This document shows positions 18,066 through 25,450 of a stretch of 39,997 nt of DNA, in pieces. How positions within the stretch are numbered: position 1 is the stretch's first letter; each line of letters begins with the position of its first letter. The stretch lies in the IMG/VR virus record IMGVR_UViG_3300024307_000002; one strand, given 5' to 3'. The notes beneath the pieces are model-generated. The model did no database searches and was not told the origin of the DNA. It saw only the letters and a list, made by a program, of their open reading frames with translations. The translations under genes were made by a program, and so were the position numbers. Source of the DNA: a virus.

Positions 18066-18483
18066 CCTCATCAAGCGGTTTGAGGGGTTCAAGCCTGCCC
18101 CTTACCTGTGCCCTGCAAACAAGCCGACCATTGGCTATGGGTCTTGCTTCTACGCTGACGGGAAAGCCGTCACGCTCAAGGACAAGGCCATCACCGAGGC
18201 CGAGGCATCGCAACTGCTGGCCGACACGCTTGGTCAGTATGAGCGGGCTGTGAGCAAGGCAGTCAAGGTGCCGATTGGTCAGCCCATGTTTGATGCGCTG
18301 GTGTCCTTCGCCTACAACGTGGGCGCGGCAAACATGGCGTCTAGCACCTTGGTTCGCAAGCTCAACGCGGGCGACATCAAAGGCGCGGCGGCTGAGTTCG
18401 ACCGCTGGGTCTATGGCGGCGGGGTTCGCCTAGCTGGCCTGACAAAGCGCCGCGACGCCGAACAGGCGCTGTTCCTGTCATGA
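18040..18483 (+). CDS. Endolysin, GH24 (T4/lambda-type) lysozyme
   Basis: N-terminal GLDLIKRFEGFKPAPYLCPANKPTIGYG signature with the catalytic Glu; 147 aa. Confidence 0.9.
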   Translation: MKTSKAGLDLIKRFEGFKPAPYLCPANKPTIGYGSCFYADGKAVTLKDKAITEAEASQLLADTLGQYERAVSKAVKVPIGQPMFDALVSFAYNVGAANMASSTLVRKLNAGDIKGAAAEFDRWVYGGGVRLAGLTKRRDAEQALFLS

Positions 18484-18884
18484 CGCCCTACCTCATCGCA
18501 GGCGCTGCCCTGATCGCAGGCGCTGCCGGGTTCTATGGCGGCTGGACGATCAAACAGGGGCAGTGGGACGCGGCAATGGTCGAAGTGCAGCAACAGGCGG
18601 CACTTACTCGGGAGAGGAATGATGCAGAGCTTGCCAAGCAGAACCAAGCCCATGCCAATCAGGTGCGGGCTATCAATCGCCGCCTTGCTGATGCTCTTGA
18701 ACGGCTGCGCGAGCGCCCCGAGCGAATGCCGGACGCTTCCCGAGCCGCCTGTGAGGGCGGAACTGGGGCCGAGCTTTCAAGACCTGATGCGGGATTTCTT
18801 GAGCGGGAAGCTGCCCGAGCCGATGAGCTTAGATCAGCCCTTAGCGCCTGCTACCAATGGATCGAAACCGTGAGGGGCAAATGA
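18480..18884 (+). CDS. Rz: i-spanin (Rz-like)
   Basis: 134 aa, N-terminal TM (LIAGAALIAGAAGFYGGW), coiled-coil periplasmic part. ATGA-coupled to the endolysin. Confidence 0.8.
   Translation: MTPYLIAGAALIAGAAGFYGGWTIKQGQWDAAMVEVQQQAALTRERNDAELAKQNQAHANQVRAINRRLADALERLRERPERMPDASRAACEGGTGAELSRPDAGFLEREAARADELRSALSACYQWIETVRGK
18619..18873 (+). CDS. Rz1: o-spanin lipoprotein (Rz1-like), fully embedded in Rz in another frame
   Basis: GGAGAGG ribosome-binding site before ATG 18619/18622 (an alternative ATG is at 18652). Lipobox LLNGC after a hydrophobic signal. Pro-rich mature part. Confidence 0.75.
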   Translation: MMQSLPSRTKPMPIRCGLSIAALLMLLNGCASAPSECRTLPEPPVRAELGPSFQDLMRDFLSGKLPEPMSLDQPLAPATNGSKP

Positions 18885-20038
18885 GCTATTCCGACCTGAT
18901 CCCGTTCGCCACTGTCCGCCAGTTGGAGTACATCGAGGCGATAGAGCGCGAGGGGAGTCAATACAAGGCCGCCAAAGCCTTAGGCGTCAACTCGCGATCA
19001 GTCCAAAGGTCGCTTGAGTCACTTAGGAGGCAGGCAGCAATCCGAGGCCACTCCCCAGCCCACGACATGACCAAGACCGTCCCAGACGGGTTCACGGTCA
19101 AGGGGGTGTCCACCTACTACGACCAGGACGGCAAGCCTCGGGGGCAGTGGGTCAAGTCGGCTGTTGACGAGTCCGCCCGGTTCTCGCTCATGCAGGAGGC
19201 CATCGGCGCACTTGCTGATGAGGTGCGGGGGCTTGCCAAACCCATGCCGAAGCCAAAGCAGACGCATGATGATCTGTTGGCTGTCTACCCGCTCGGTGAT
19301 CCTCACTTTGGCCTCTACGTTTGGGGTAAGGAGTGCGGGGAGTCTTTCGACCTGAACGAAGCCAGACGCCTGACCATCGGAGCCGTTGACCGGCTTGTCG
19401 ATGCTGCGCCGCCTGCGAAGACCGCGCTAATCTTGCCGCTTGGCGACGTGTTCCACGCCGACGACCAGAGCAACCAGACCCCGGCGCACAAACATCAGTT
19501 GGACGTTGATTCACGTTACGTCCACGTACTCAAGGTCGGGATTGAGACATTCCGCCACGCCATCTATCGGGCGCTCCAGAAGCATGAAAAGGTTGTCGTC
19601 CGATTCGTTTCAGGTAACCATGATCCTCATGCTGTGTGGGCGCTGGCGTTCTCAATCGCCGCCTACTTCGACAAGGAGCCTCGGGTAGAGGTTGACCTTT
19701 CCCCTGCGAAACACTGGTTCTATCGCTTCGGCAAGGTGCTTCTCGGCGCATCGCATGGCGATACAACGAAACCTGAGCAGCTTTTAGGCGTCATGGCTTG
19801 CGACCGTGCGCAGGATTGGGGGCAGACCCAACACCGCTATTGGTACTGCGGACACGTCCACCATTCAAGCGTCAAAGAGCTTGCAGGCGTGACCGTCGAA
19901 ACCTTCCGCACCCTTGCAGCCGCTGACGCCTACGCGATGGGCCACGGCTACAGGGCAGGGCGCGACATGCGCTGTATCGTCCACCATAAGCAGTACGGTG
20001 AAATCGAGCGTCACCGATGCGATGTGGCGATGATCTAG
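18881..20038 (+). CDS. HTH-domain fused to a calcineurin/Mre11-type metallophosphoesterase
   Basis: ATG at 18881 overlaps the Rz stop (ATGA). The N-terminus (VRQLEYIEAIEREGSQYKAAKALGVNSRSVQRSLESLRRQ) is HTH-like. Phosphoesterase motifs appear in order: GDPHFG, GDVFHADD, GNHD, SHGD, GHVHH. Confidence 0.75.
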   Translation: MSYSDLIPFATVRQLEYIEAIEREGSQYKAAKALGVNSRSVQRSLESLRRQAAIRGHSPAHDMTKTVPDGFTVKGVSTYYDQDGKPRGQWVKSAVDESARFSLMQEAIGALADEVRGLAKPMPKPKQTHDDLLAVYPLGDPHFGLYVWGKECGESFDLNEARRLTIGAVDRLVDAAPPAKTALILPLGDVFHADDQSNQTPAHKHQLDVDSRYVHVLKVGIETFRHAIYRALQKHEKVVVRFVSGNHDPHAVWALAFSIAAYFDKEPRVEVDLSPAKHWFYRFGKVLLGASHGDTTKPEQLLGVMACDRAQDWGQTQHRYWYCGHVHHSSVKELAGVTVETFRTLAAADAYAMGHGYRAGRDMRCIVHHKQYGEIERHRCDVAMI

Positions 20039-20067
20039 CCACGTTCGGGGATTCGCGAACAGCGAAC

Positions 20068-20238
20068 ATGACACCCGAAGAAGCCGAGCGCCTAGCCATC
20101 CCCTTCGGCTTGACGTATTTGTCAAGAGAGGGCTACGAAAAGCTCGCGCTCCTGCTTGCCCACGTCATCCGGCTTGAGAGAAATCGCAAGGAAGCGCCGG
20201 AGCACCTTCGGGATGTGATGGGGTGGAGAGTGAGTTGA
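20068..20238 (+). CDS. Hypothetical small protein
   Basis: Frame is open from 20017. ATG at 20068 gives 56 aa. No clear ribosome-binding site. Confidence 0.3.
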   Translation: MTPEEAERLAIPFGLTYLSREGYEKLALLLAHVIRLERNRKEAPEHLRDVMGWRVS

Positions 20239-20351
20239 GGGCGACCGCGATCCCGCAATCCGGCCACACTGCGCGATGTGGCTTAACCCTCACGGCTGAC
20301 CGCGTTGCACCGCCTACCGGCCAGTCAGGGAGTCTGTGACATTTCGGCGCG

Positions 20352-20366
20352 GCCATGCGTGAAGGC
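20352..20366. repeat. 15-bp direct repeat GCCATGCGTGAAGGC, copy 1
   Basis: Identical 15-mer at 20571..20585. Confidence 0.85.
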
Positions 20367-20392
20367 TGAGGGGCCGGAGGTGATCCCGGCTT

Positions 20393-20430
20393 TGGAAAGC
20401 GACCAGGAATCGAACCTGTGCGGGTATCCT
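20393..20430 (-). other. tRNA 3'-half-like fragment (T-arm GGTTCGATTCC plus acceptor-like tail ending CCA)
   Basis: The reverse complement reads ...cacaggttcgattcctggtcgctttcca. The 77 nt ending there do not fold into a cloverleaf. Confidence 0.45.
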
Positions 20431-20570
20431 GTTGGCTTTTCCGAGCCACCCGCAGAGCCAACGTCGCCGCCCATCACCACTGGGCATTCCCTCAAGCATG
20501 GCGACTACTGAGACTTCGGGTAGGGGCTTCCTAACATTGTCCAGTCTCTCGCGGCCCCTGCGATGCAATC

Positions 20571-20585
20571 GCCATGCGTGAAGGC
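20571..20585. repeat. 15-bp direct repeat GCCATGCGTGAAGGC, copy 2
   Basis: Identical to 20352..20366. Confidence 0.85.
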
Positions 20586-20615
20586 ACTGTATTTTCATCC
20601 AGCCCCAACGCTGAG

Positions 20616-20813
20616 TCAATCCTTCAGGCTGTACTCGTATCTGATCTCATCGCCAACGCCTCGGCGCGGCTCGCTTTCGTCGGCGATCCTCGCGCAATCC
20701 TCCGCGACAAGCTGGGCGAAGCGGGCAAGAGTCCCTTCGTTGTAGAAGACGACTCGGTCAATGAGCCCCGCCTCCTGCGCCATCTGCCTGATTCGGTCGG
20801 TGTGGGTGGTCAT
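20616..20813 (-). CDS. Hypothetical protein
   Basis: ATG at 20813 overlaps the upstream stop (ATGA); 65 aa (MTTHTDRIRQMAQEAGLIDRVVFYNEGTLARFAQLV...). The longer ORF-track start is Arg/Pro-rich. Confidence 0.55.
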   Translation of the reverse strand: MTTHTDRIRQMAQEAGLIDRVVFYNEGTLARFAQLVAEDCARIADESEPRRGVGDEIRYEYSLKD

Positions 20814-21058
20814 GCGCCCTCCGCAAGTTGCTTGAGTTCTTCGGCCAGTTGCAGGAGGTGCTCGCGGGTCAGCGGGGCCTTGAAGTAGCGGTCGCAAGCC
20901 TCTTGCGCCTCAAAGCCTGAGTCTGCCTTGTAGATGGACATAACACCGCGCTCTTCCAGCCACTTCAGCACCGACCACGACTCGGGCTTCGCCTCCATGT
21001 CGTGCGCGTTGTCCGGCTCTCGGTGGACCAGATCAAACAGGTGATGCGGCTCGCTCAT
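20810..21058 (-). CDS. Hypothetical protein
   Basis: 82-aa acidic ORF, first gene of a two-gene minus-strand unit beside attP. Confidence 0.55.
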   Translation of the reverse strand: MSEPHHLFDLVHREPDNAHDMEAKPESWSVLKWLEERGVMSIYKADSGFEAQEACDRYFKAPLTREHLLQLAEELKQLAEGA

Positions 21059-21122
21059 CTCTTCTCCTTCTCTCTCAGTCTAAACACTGGATGGGCTACC
21101 ATTGCGGCTAGCCGTCCGGGCG

Positions 21123-21143
21123 AATCCCGCAGAAATCCCCCGC
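21123..21143. repeat. AATCCCGC-type repeats left of the attP core (candidate arm-type integrase sites)
   Basis: aatcccgc at 21123 and aatcccccgc at 21134. Confidence 0.5.
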
Positions 21144-21173
21144 GACACTTGTAACCCGTTGATTTTGGCCCTC

Positions 21174-21197
21174 GTTCGAGTCCGACCTGGGGCACCA
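21174..21197 (+). other. attP core candidate: 3' end of a tRNA gene (T-loop, T-stem 3' strand, acceptor 3' strand, discriminator A, CCA)
   Basis: G-TTCGAGT-CCGAC-CTGGGGC-A-CCA, 146 bp upstream of and co-oriented with int. The sequence 5' of it does not pair as a T-stem, as expected at a core boundary. Confidence 0.6.
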
Positions 21198-21257
21198 CGC
21201 TGTAACACCTTACAGCACCTTTTCCCGTAGGTAAACACCACAAACACGGGCAGCAGG

Positions 21258-21330
21258 AATCCCGCAAACGCCCCCACAATCCCCCACGACGCCGTGCGGG
21301 CTCCCGCAAAAATCCCGCACGCAATCCCGC
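21258..21330. repeat. AATCCCGC-type repeats right of the attP core, running into the int ribosome-binding site
   Basis: aatcccgc at 21258, 21311 and 21323; aatcccccac at 21278; ctcccgca at 21301. Confidence 0.55.
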
Positions 21331-21342
21331 ACAGGAGGCAGC

Positions 21343-22335
21343 GTGGCTTACATCAGCAAGAACGGGGACAAATGGCGGGCGCAGGTTGAGCGCCAAGGCG
21401 TGCGCAAGTCGGGCACGTTCAAGACCAAAACAGAGGCCATCTTGTGGGCTCAGGCCATCGAGTCCGAAATTCTCGATGACACAAAAGCAACGTACCCCCG
21501 CAAGACATTTGCCGATGCCATCGAACGTTACAAGCGGGATGTGTCTTCTCAGAAGAAAGGTGAGCGCCACGAGGTCGCCCGCCTTGACGCCTTCGTTCGC
21601 GACTTCCCACACATCGCGGCCAAGCAACTGACCGATGTCAAGACCGCCGATCTTGTTGAGTGGCGTGACGCCCGTCTGAAGCAAGTCACCCCCGGATCTG
21701 TTCAACGCACGGTCAACACCCTGTCCAATCTGTTCCGCCTGGCGTGGAAGGAATGGCAGTGGTGCGGCGGCAATCCGTTTGAGGGAATGAAAGCGCCTGG
21801 CGACAATCCGCCTAGAACGCGCCAGATCAAGCCCAGCGAGGTCAAAACGCTTTGCCGGTGGCTCGGGTACAGGACGGGCCAGAAACCCGCCACAAAGATG
21901 CAGGAAACGGCGCTTGCCTTCCTTGTGTCGCTTCGCACCGGAATGCGTGCGGGCGAGGTCTTGCAGCTTGGGGCGGATTGCGTTGATCTGGATAAGGCTG
22001 TCGCCCGCGTCAGTCACAAGACCCAGCACATCACCGGCAAGCCGCGAGAGGTTCCGCTGTCCAAGCAGTCCGTCCGACTGCTGCGCCCCGTCATGGCCGA
22101 CCGGATTTTCACGGTGACCAGCGCAAGCCTTGACGCCCTGTTTCGCAAGGCCAAGGCCAACACGCTGATTCAAGACCTGCATTTCCATGATGCTCGGGCT
22201 GATGCCTTGACTCGGTTTAGTCGCAAGGTTGATGTCCTGACGCTCGCCCGGATCAGTGGCCATCGAGACTTGAAAATCCTGATGGCGCACTACTACCGGG
22301 AGAGTGCTGAAGACATCGCTAGGCGGCTTGGGTGA
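21343..22335 (+). CDS. int: Tyrosine integrase
   Basis: GTG start after AGGAGG. 330 aa. Catalytic set: R (LRTGMRAGE), H-x-x-R (FHDARA), H (SGHRD), Y (AHYY). N-terminal arm-binding-type domain. Confidence 0.9.
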   Translation: MAYISKNGDKWRAQVERQGVRKSGTFKTKTEAILWAQAIESEILDDTKATYPRKTFADAIERYKRDVSSQKKGERHEVARLDAFVRDFPHIAAKQLTDVKTADLVEWRDARLKQVTPGSVQRTVNTLSNLFRLAWKEWQWCGGNPFEGMKAPGDNPPRTRQIKPSEVKTLCRWLGYRTGQKPATKMQETALAFLVSLRTGMRAGEVLQLGADCVDLDKAVARVSHKTQHITGKPREVPLSKQSVRLLRPVMADRIFTVTSASLDALFRKAKANTLIQDLHFHDARADALTRFSRKVDVLTLARISGHRDLKILMAHYYRESAEDIARRLG

Positions 22336-22501
22336 CTTCCTTCATCCACTTCATGACATCCGCTTCAAGCCATCGCACGTTTTGAGTGCTGAGGCGAATG
22401 ACCGGCTTGGGAAAGTCGGGGCGCTTGGTGAGGTTGTCGCGCACATACTTGGCCGAGTAGCCGGTGATTTGCGCGATGTCGGCGCGGGTTACGGTTCTCA
22501 T
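22319..22501 (-). CDS. xis: Excisionase / AlpA-type small DNA-binding protein
   Basis: 60 aa (MRTVTRADIAQITGYSAKYVRDNLTKRPDFPKPV...VRWLEADVMKW). Last gene of the leftward operon. Its 3' end overlaps the int 3' end by 17 nt. Confidence 0.7.
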   Translation of the reverse strand: MRTVTRADIAQITGYSAKYVRDNLTKRPDFPKPVIRLSTQNVRWLEADVMKWMKEVTQAA

Positions 22502-22770
22502 CACTCCCCCCTCAGTTGCTCGATTTTCATGGCGCAAAGCATTGCCGGGTTACTGGATGCGCGAGGGTCGATAGCCTCACACACCTCCTTCGCCTCCCTG
22601 AGCCCTTGGTCGCGGCCTGCTGACATGGCGAGGGTTACTAGGGCCATAGCGTATTCAGGGCTGCGCTTGATGTAAGGCGCGTTCGACGGCTCAAAGCCGA
22701 ACTTTTCGCAGACGGCCAATGCCGCTGCTGCGTCCAGTGCTTCGACTTGCTCTCTCGTCGGTGTGCTCAT
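22501..22770 (-). CDS. Hypothetical early protein
   Basis: ATG at 22770 overlaps the upstream stop (ATGA); 89 aa. Confidence 0.55.
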   Translation of the reverse strand: MSTPTREQVEALDAAAALAVCEKFGFEPSNAPYIKRSPEYAMALVTLAMSAGRDQGLREAKEVCEAIDPRASSNPAMLCAMKIEQLRGE

Positions 22771-23354
22771 TCCGTTTCCTTGTGGGTTGTGCGGGCGGCG
22801 TCGATGGCGCTTTCTTCCGAGATGGGAACCCAGCACGGCTCGCCGAAAACCGTGCCCCACTCGCACACAGCAAACTCTTCGCTGTTCAGTGCGTATTCCC
22901 ATCGCTCCGCGTTTGGCTTCAGCCTCTCCACCTCTGCCCGTAGCTGGTCGCGCTCGGCTTCTGCTTCGACGCGGAGTTTGTGCGGGGTCTTGCCCTGAGT
23001 GCGTTGAAGCGTCACGACCAATGGGCCGGTCTTCGGGTGGGTAAATGACACTTCGACATAGTTGATTCCACCAGCCTCGACAAACTGCTCGGCAAAGCCC
23101 GCAGCGAGAAGGCCAGCCGCGCCGCCTTCAATGCCAGCGTACAAACCGCCGTCGCGCAAGGCAATGTCGGTAAGCAGGGTTTGGCTGTCCAGTCCTTGAG
23201 CGATGCCCTGGGTCAACTTGTCGCACTCCCCCTCAAGCTCCGCGATCCGCTCTGCCTGCTGGCGAAGCATGGCTGCCACCTCTGCATCTCCCTGACAAGA
23301 CATGTCATCTTCAATCCACTCAGCCAACCTAATCGCCTCGTTGCGGTCAGTCAT
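22767..23354 (-). CDS. Hypothetical early protein (paralogue of 24881..25450)
   Basis: ATG at 23354 follows GGGAGGAAGC; 195 aa. Shares the RLAE..DD...RIAELE and ERDQL-AEVERL segments with 24881..25450. Confidence 0.6.
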   Translation of the reverse strand: MTDRNEAIRLAEWIEDDMSCQGDAEVAAMLRQQAERIAELEGECDKLTQGIAQGLDSQTLLTDIALRDGGLYAGIEGGAAGLLAAGFAEQFVEAGGINYVEVSFTHPKTGPLVVTLQRTQGKTPHKLRVEAEAERDQLRAEVERLKPNAERWEYALNSEEFAVCEWGTVFGEPCWVPISEESAIDAARTTHKETE

Positions 23355-23508
23355 GCTTCCTCCCGCTTGTAATTCCGTCATAGAAGCACCAGAAGCCGTA
23401 CAAGCCAACAAGCGCACCGGCACCAAGAGCAACAGGCAGGCTCCCCGAAAACGAATAGATGATTGAGATGGCAAAGAACAGCGCCACCAAGTCGATCAGG
23501 GCTGTCAT
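23347..23508 (-). CDS. Small two-TM membrane protein (53 aa; below the ORF-track cutoff)
   Basis: My own translation: MTALIDLVALFFAISIIYSFSGSLPVALGAGALVGLYGFWCFYDGITSGRKHD. ATGA overlap with the upstream gene and an 8-nt overlap with the downstream start. Confidence 0.6.
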   Translation of the reverse strand: MTALIDLVALFFAISIIYSFSGSLPVALGAGALVGLYGFWCFYDGITSGRKHD

Positions 23509-24401
23509 GCCTTTTCCCCCTTCGCCTGGGCGGCGAGCATGGCGCGGTAGCAGTTCGGCAGTGAGACACTGGAATTCAATGCGTCAAGCATTTCCTGAGT
23601 CGGCTCCGCCGGCACCAGCGCGAACCCCTCAGGCACGCCCGGCGCGGGGCGGGTGAACAGCGGTTCGTAGCACATCGGGAACTTGCGGCGGTGCGTGTCA
23701 TCTGGCTCGCACAGTCGGCCTGTCAGTTTCTCGCGGTAGGCCGCGGGCTCCCCCACCGGCTCAGTCTCGACACGAGCGGGGCGGGTGTCGGGCAACCATT
23801 GGCCCTGCCCGACGTTGTAGCGGTATCCGAGTTGCTTCAACTTCTGAGTTGCAGCCAAACGCCTTGGCAGGAACACCTCATCGTCTTCCACCTCCCCCAC
23901 CGGCTCAGGCGTGGCCTGCTGGGCTTCATCCTCATCAAAGGATAGAACCGTGCTGAGGCTGGGGTTAAGAAAGTAGTCAGCGAGTGTTCTGTCCGCTGAC
24001 GATGGCGTGGTCTGCTGGGTGTCAGCGAAGTAGCCCGCCGCGATCCCGCCGTAGACCTTCATGTCTTCGGGTGTCGCTGGCGTGGCCTGCTGGGGGGCGG
24101 GCAGGGAGGCGCGGGCAGTTCGGCTTGGGTATCGGTGCCCGTTGCTGCAACTGTCGTCACCATTGGGCCGACGTTCGCGCATAACACCAGGGGCGCCACA
24201 CTCCGGGCAGTAGCCGTAGGGAGCCTCCCCCTCGGTCTGCGCTGCGGGGCGCTGGGTGAGGGCGGCGCGGGCAAGATGTCGCAAACGAATCAAGTCAGCG
24301 CCGACAATCCTATCTTCTATGACCATGGCAAATTCAACCCTGTCAAGGATTCTCATAGCCTCTTCCAGCGCCTCGCGCAGCAGTTGGTTTTCGGTGGTCA
24401 T
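23505..24401 (-). CDS. Zinc-ribbon early protein (N-terminal paralogue of 25447..26442)
   Basis: 298 aa. Contains CPECG...CSNGH. The first 11 aa (MTTENQLLREA) are identical to those of 25447..26442. Confidence 0.65.
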   Translation of the reverse strand: MTTENQLLREALEEAMRILDRVEFAMVIEDRIVGADLIRLRHLARAALTQRPAAQTEGEAPYGYCPECGAPGVMRERRPNGDDSCSNGHRYPSRTARASLPAPQQATPATPEDMKVYGGIAAGYFADTQQTTPSSADRTLADYFLNPSLSTVLSFDEDEAQQATPEPVGEVEDDEVFLPRRLAATQKLKQLGYRYNVGQGQWLPDTRPARVETEPVGEPAAYREKLTGRLCEPDDTHRRKFPMCYEPLFTRPAPGVPEGFALVPAEPTQEMLDALNSSVSLPNCYRAMLAAQAKGEKA

Positions 24402-24630
24402 GGTTCAACTCCTTGATTGACTTCACGTCGCTCCAATCAGCCCAGAACGAACCCCCATCGTGCCGGGCTGACCCGTCCGGGAATGTCTCTCCGCGAAGGA
24501 AGATCGTCGCGGTTTCTTTGTCAACGTCTAGCAATGTGAAGTGCGGCCAATCGTGTTCAGGCTTGACCCACTCCACTACCACACGCTGGTCAACGAGACT
24601 GCGAAGGTTCTTGAATTGGGCTGGTGTCAT
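24343..24630 (-). CDS. Hypothetical early protein
   Basis: ATG at 24630 in ATGA overlap; 95 aa. The 3' end runs 59 nt into the next gene. Confidence 0.5.
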   Translation of the reverse strand: MTPAQFKNLRSLVDQRVVVEWVKPEHDWPHFTLLDVDKETATIFLRGETFPDGSARHDGGSFWADWSDVKSIKELNHDHRKPTAARGAGRGYENP

Positions 24631-24884
24631 TGGTGCTCCTTCATGGCGCGGATGGCGGCCTCGCACTCGCTGGCTGCGTATCGTGCGCGGTCATCCACCC
24701 ATCGTTCGATTTGTGCGTTCGACGCATGAGCCGCCGCCTCAAGCGCCCTGTCTGCGGCGAGGGTGGCGAAGCGTTCAAGGCACTGCACGCTCAAGATTCG
24801 GCCCGCCTCAGAGTCGAGGCGCAACCTATCGTTCAGGCGGGATTCAATCGCCATCTCGATAACTTGCTCTGGGGTGAATTTCAT
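24627..24884 (-). CDS. Hypothetical early protein
   Basis: ATG at 24884 in ATGA overlap; 85 aa. Confidence 0.55.
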   Translation of the reverse strand: MKFTPEQVIEMAIESRLNDRLRLDSEAGRILSVQCLERFATLAADRALEAAAHASNAQIERWVDDRARYAASECEAAIRAMKEHQ

Positions 24885-25450
24885 GGGGCGTCCTTTGCTG
24901 CTTCGATGGCGCGCTTGCCTGAGCCGTGACATGCGCCGCACTCTTTGATGTCATCGTCATATGCGACGCCATGGCAAGCCGGGCACAACTCAAGAGCGCT
25001 GGCGACGTGTCCGAAATAGAACGTGTCGCCGAACTCGTGGGCGTGCGACACAACCAAGCGGCGCAGGGCGGCAGCGACTTGCAACGGGTCATCCGTCAAC
25101 GGCTTGCGCAACCTCTCCACCTCTGCGAGCAGTTGGTCGCGCTCGGCTTCGACTCGTTGCAGCGTCTTGGCGTCATAGCCGTACTGTGATGCGATGCCCC
25201 GCTCAAGCCGGTGCATGAGGTTGGCGGGGCCGTAGCCTTCGGCGTCGCAGTGGGCGTCCCAATGCGCGTGGATTTCGACTGCTGCGGCCATCATGGTCGT
25301 GTGCAAGTCCGCAATCTCTGCCTCAAGCTCGGCGATGCGTGCGGCTTGGGTGCGCAGGAGGGATGCGGCTTGCTCTGTTGTCCGCTGGTACTCGTCGCCG
25401 CGTGCGTAGTCGTCCAACTCATCCGCCAGCCTCAACGCTTCGCTGCTCAT
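24881..25450 (-). CDS. Early protein with a DnaJ-type CxxCxGxG zinc-finger pair
   Basis: ATG at 25450 in ATGA overlap; 189 aa. C-terminal CPACHGVA...CGACHGSG. Confidence 0.6.
   Translation of the reverse strand: MSSEALRLADELDDYARGDEYQRTTEQAASLLRTQAARIAELEAEIADLHTTMMAAAVEIHAHWDAHCDAEGYGPANLMHRLERGIASQYGYDAKTLQRVEAERDQLLAEVERLRKPLTDDPLQVAAALRRLVVSHAHEFGDTFYFGHVASALELCPACHGVAYDDDIKECGACHGSGKRAIEAAKDAP

Noticed and set aside
20616-21058. The coupled 82-aa / 65-aa pair as a toxin-antitoxin module
   Set aside because: Only size and coupling fit. I recognise no toxin or antitoxin motif (no HTH, RHH or PIN-, RelE- or HicA-type features). Kept as hypothetical accessory genes.
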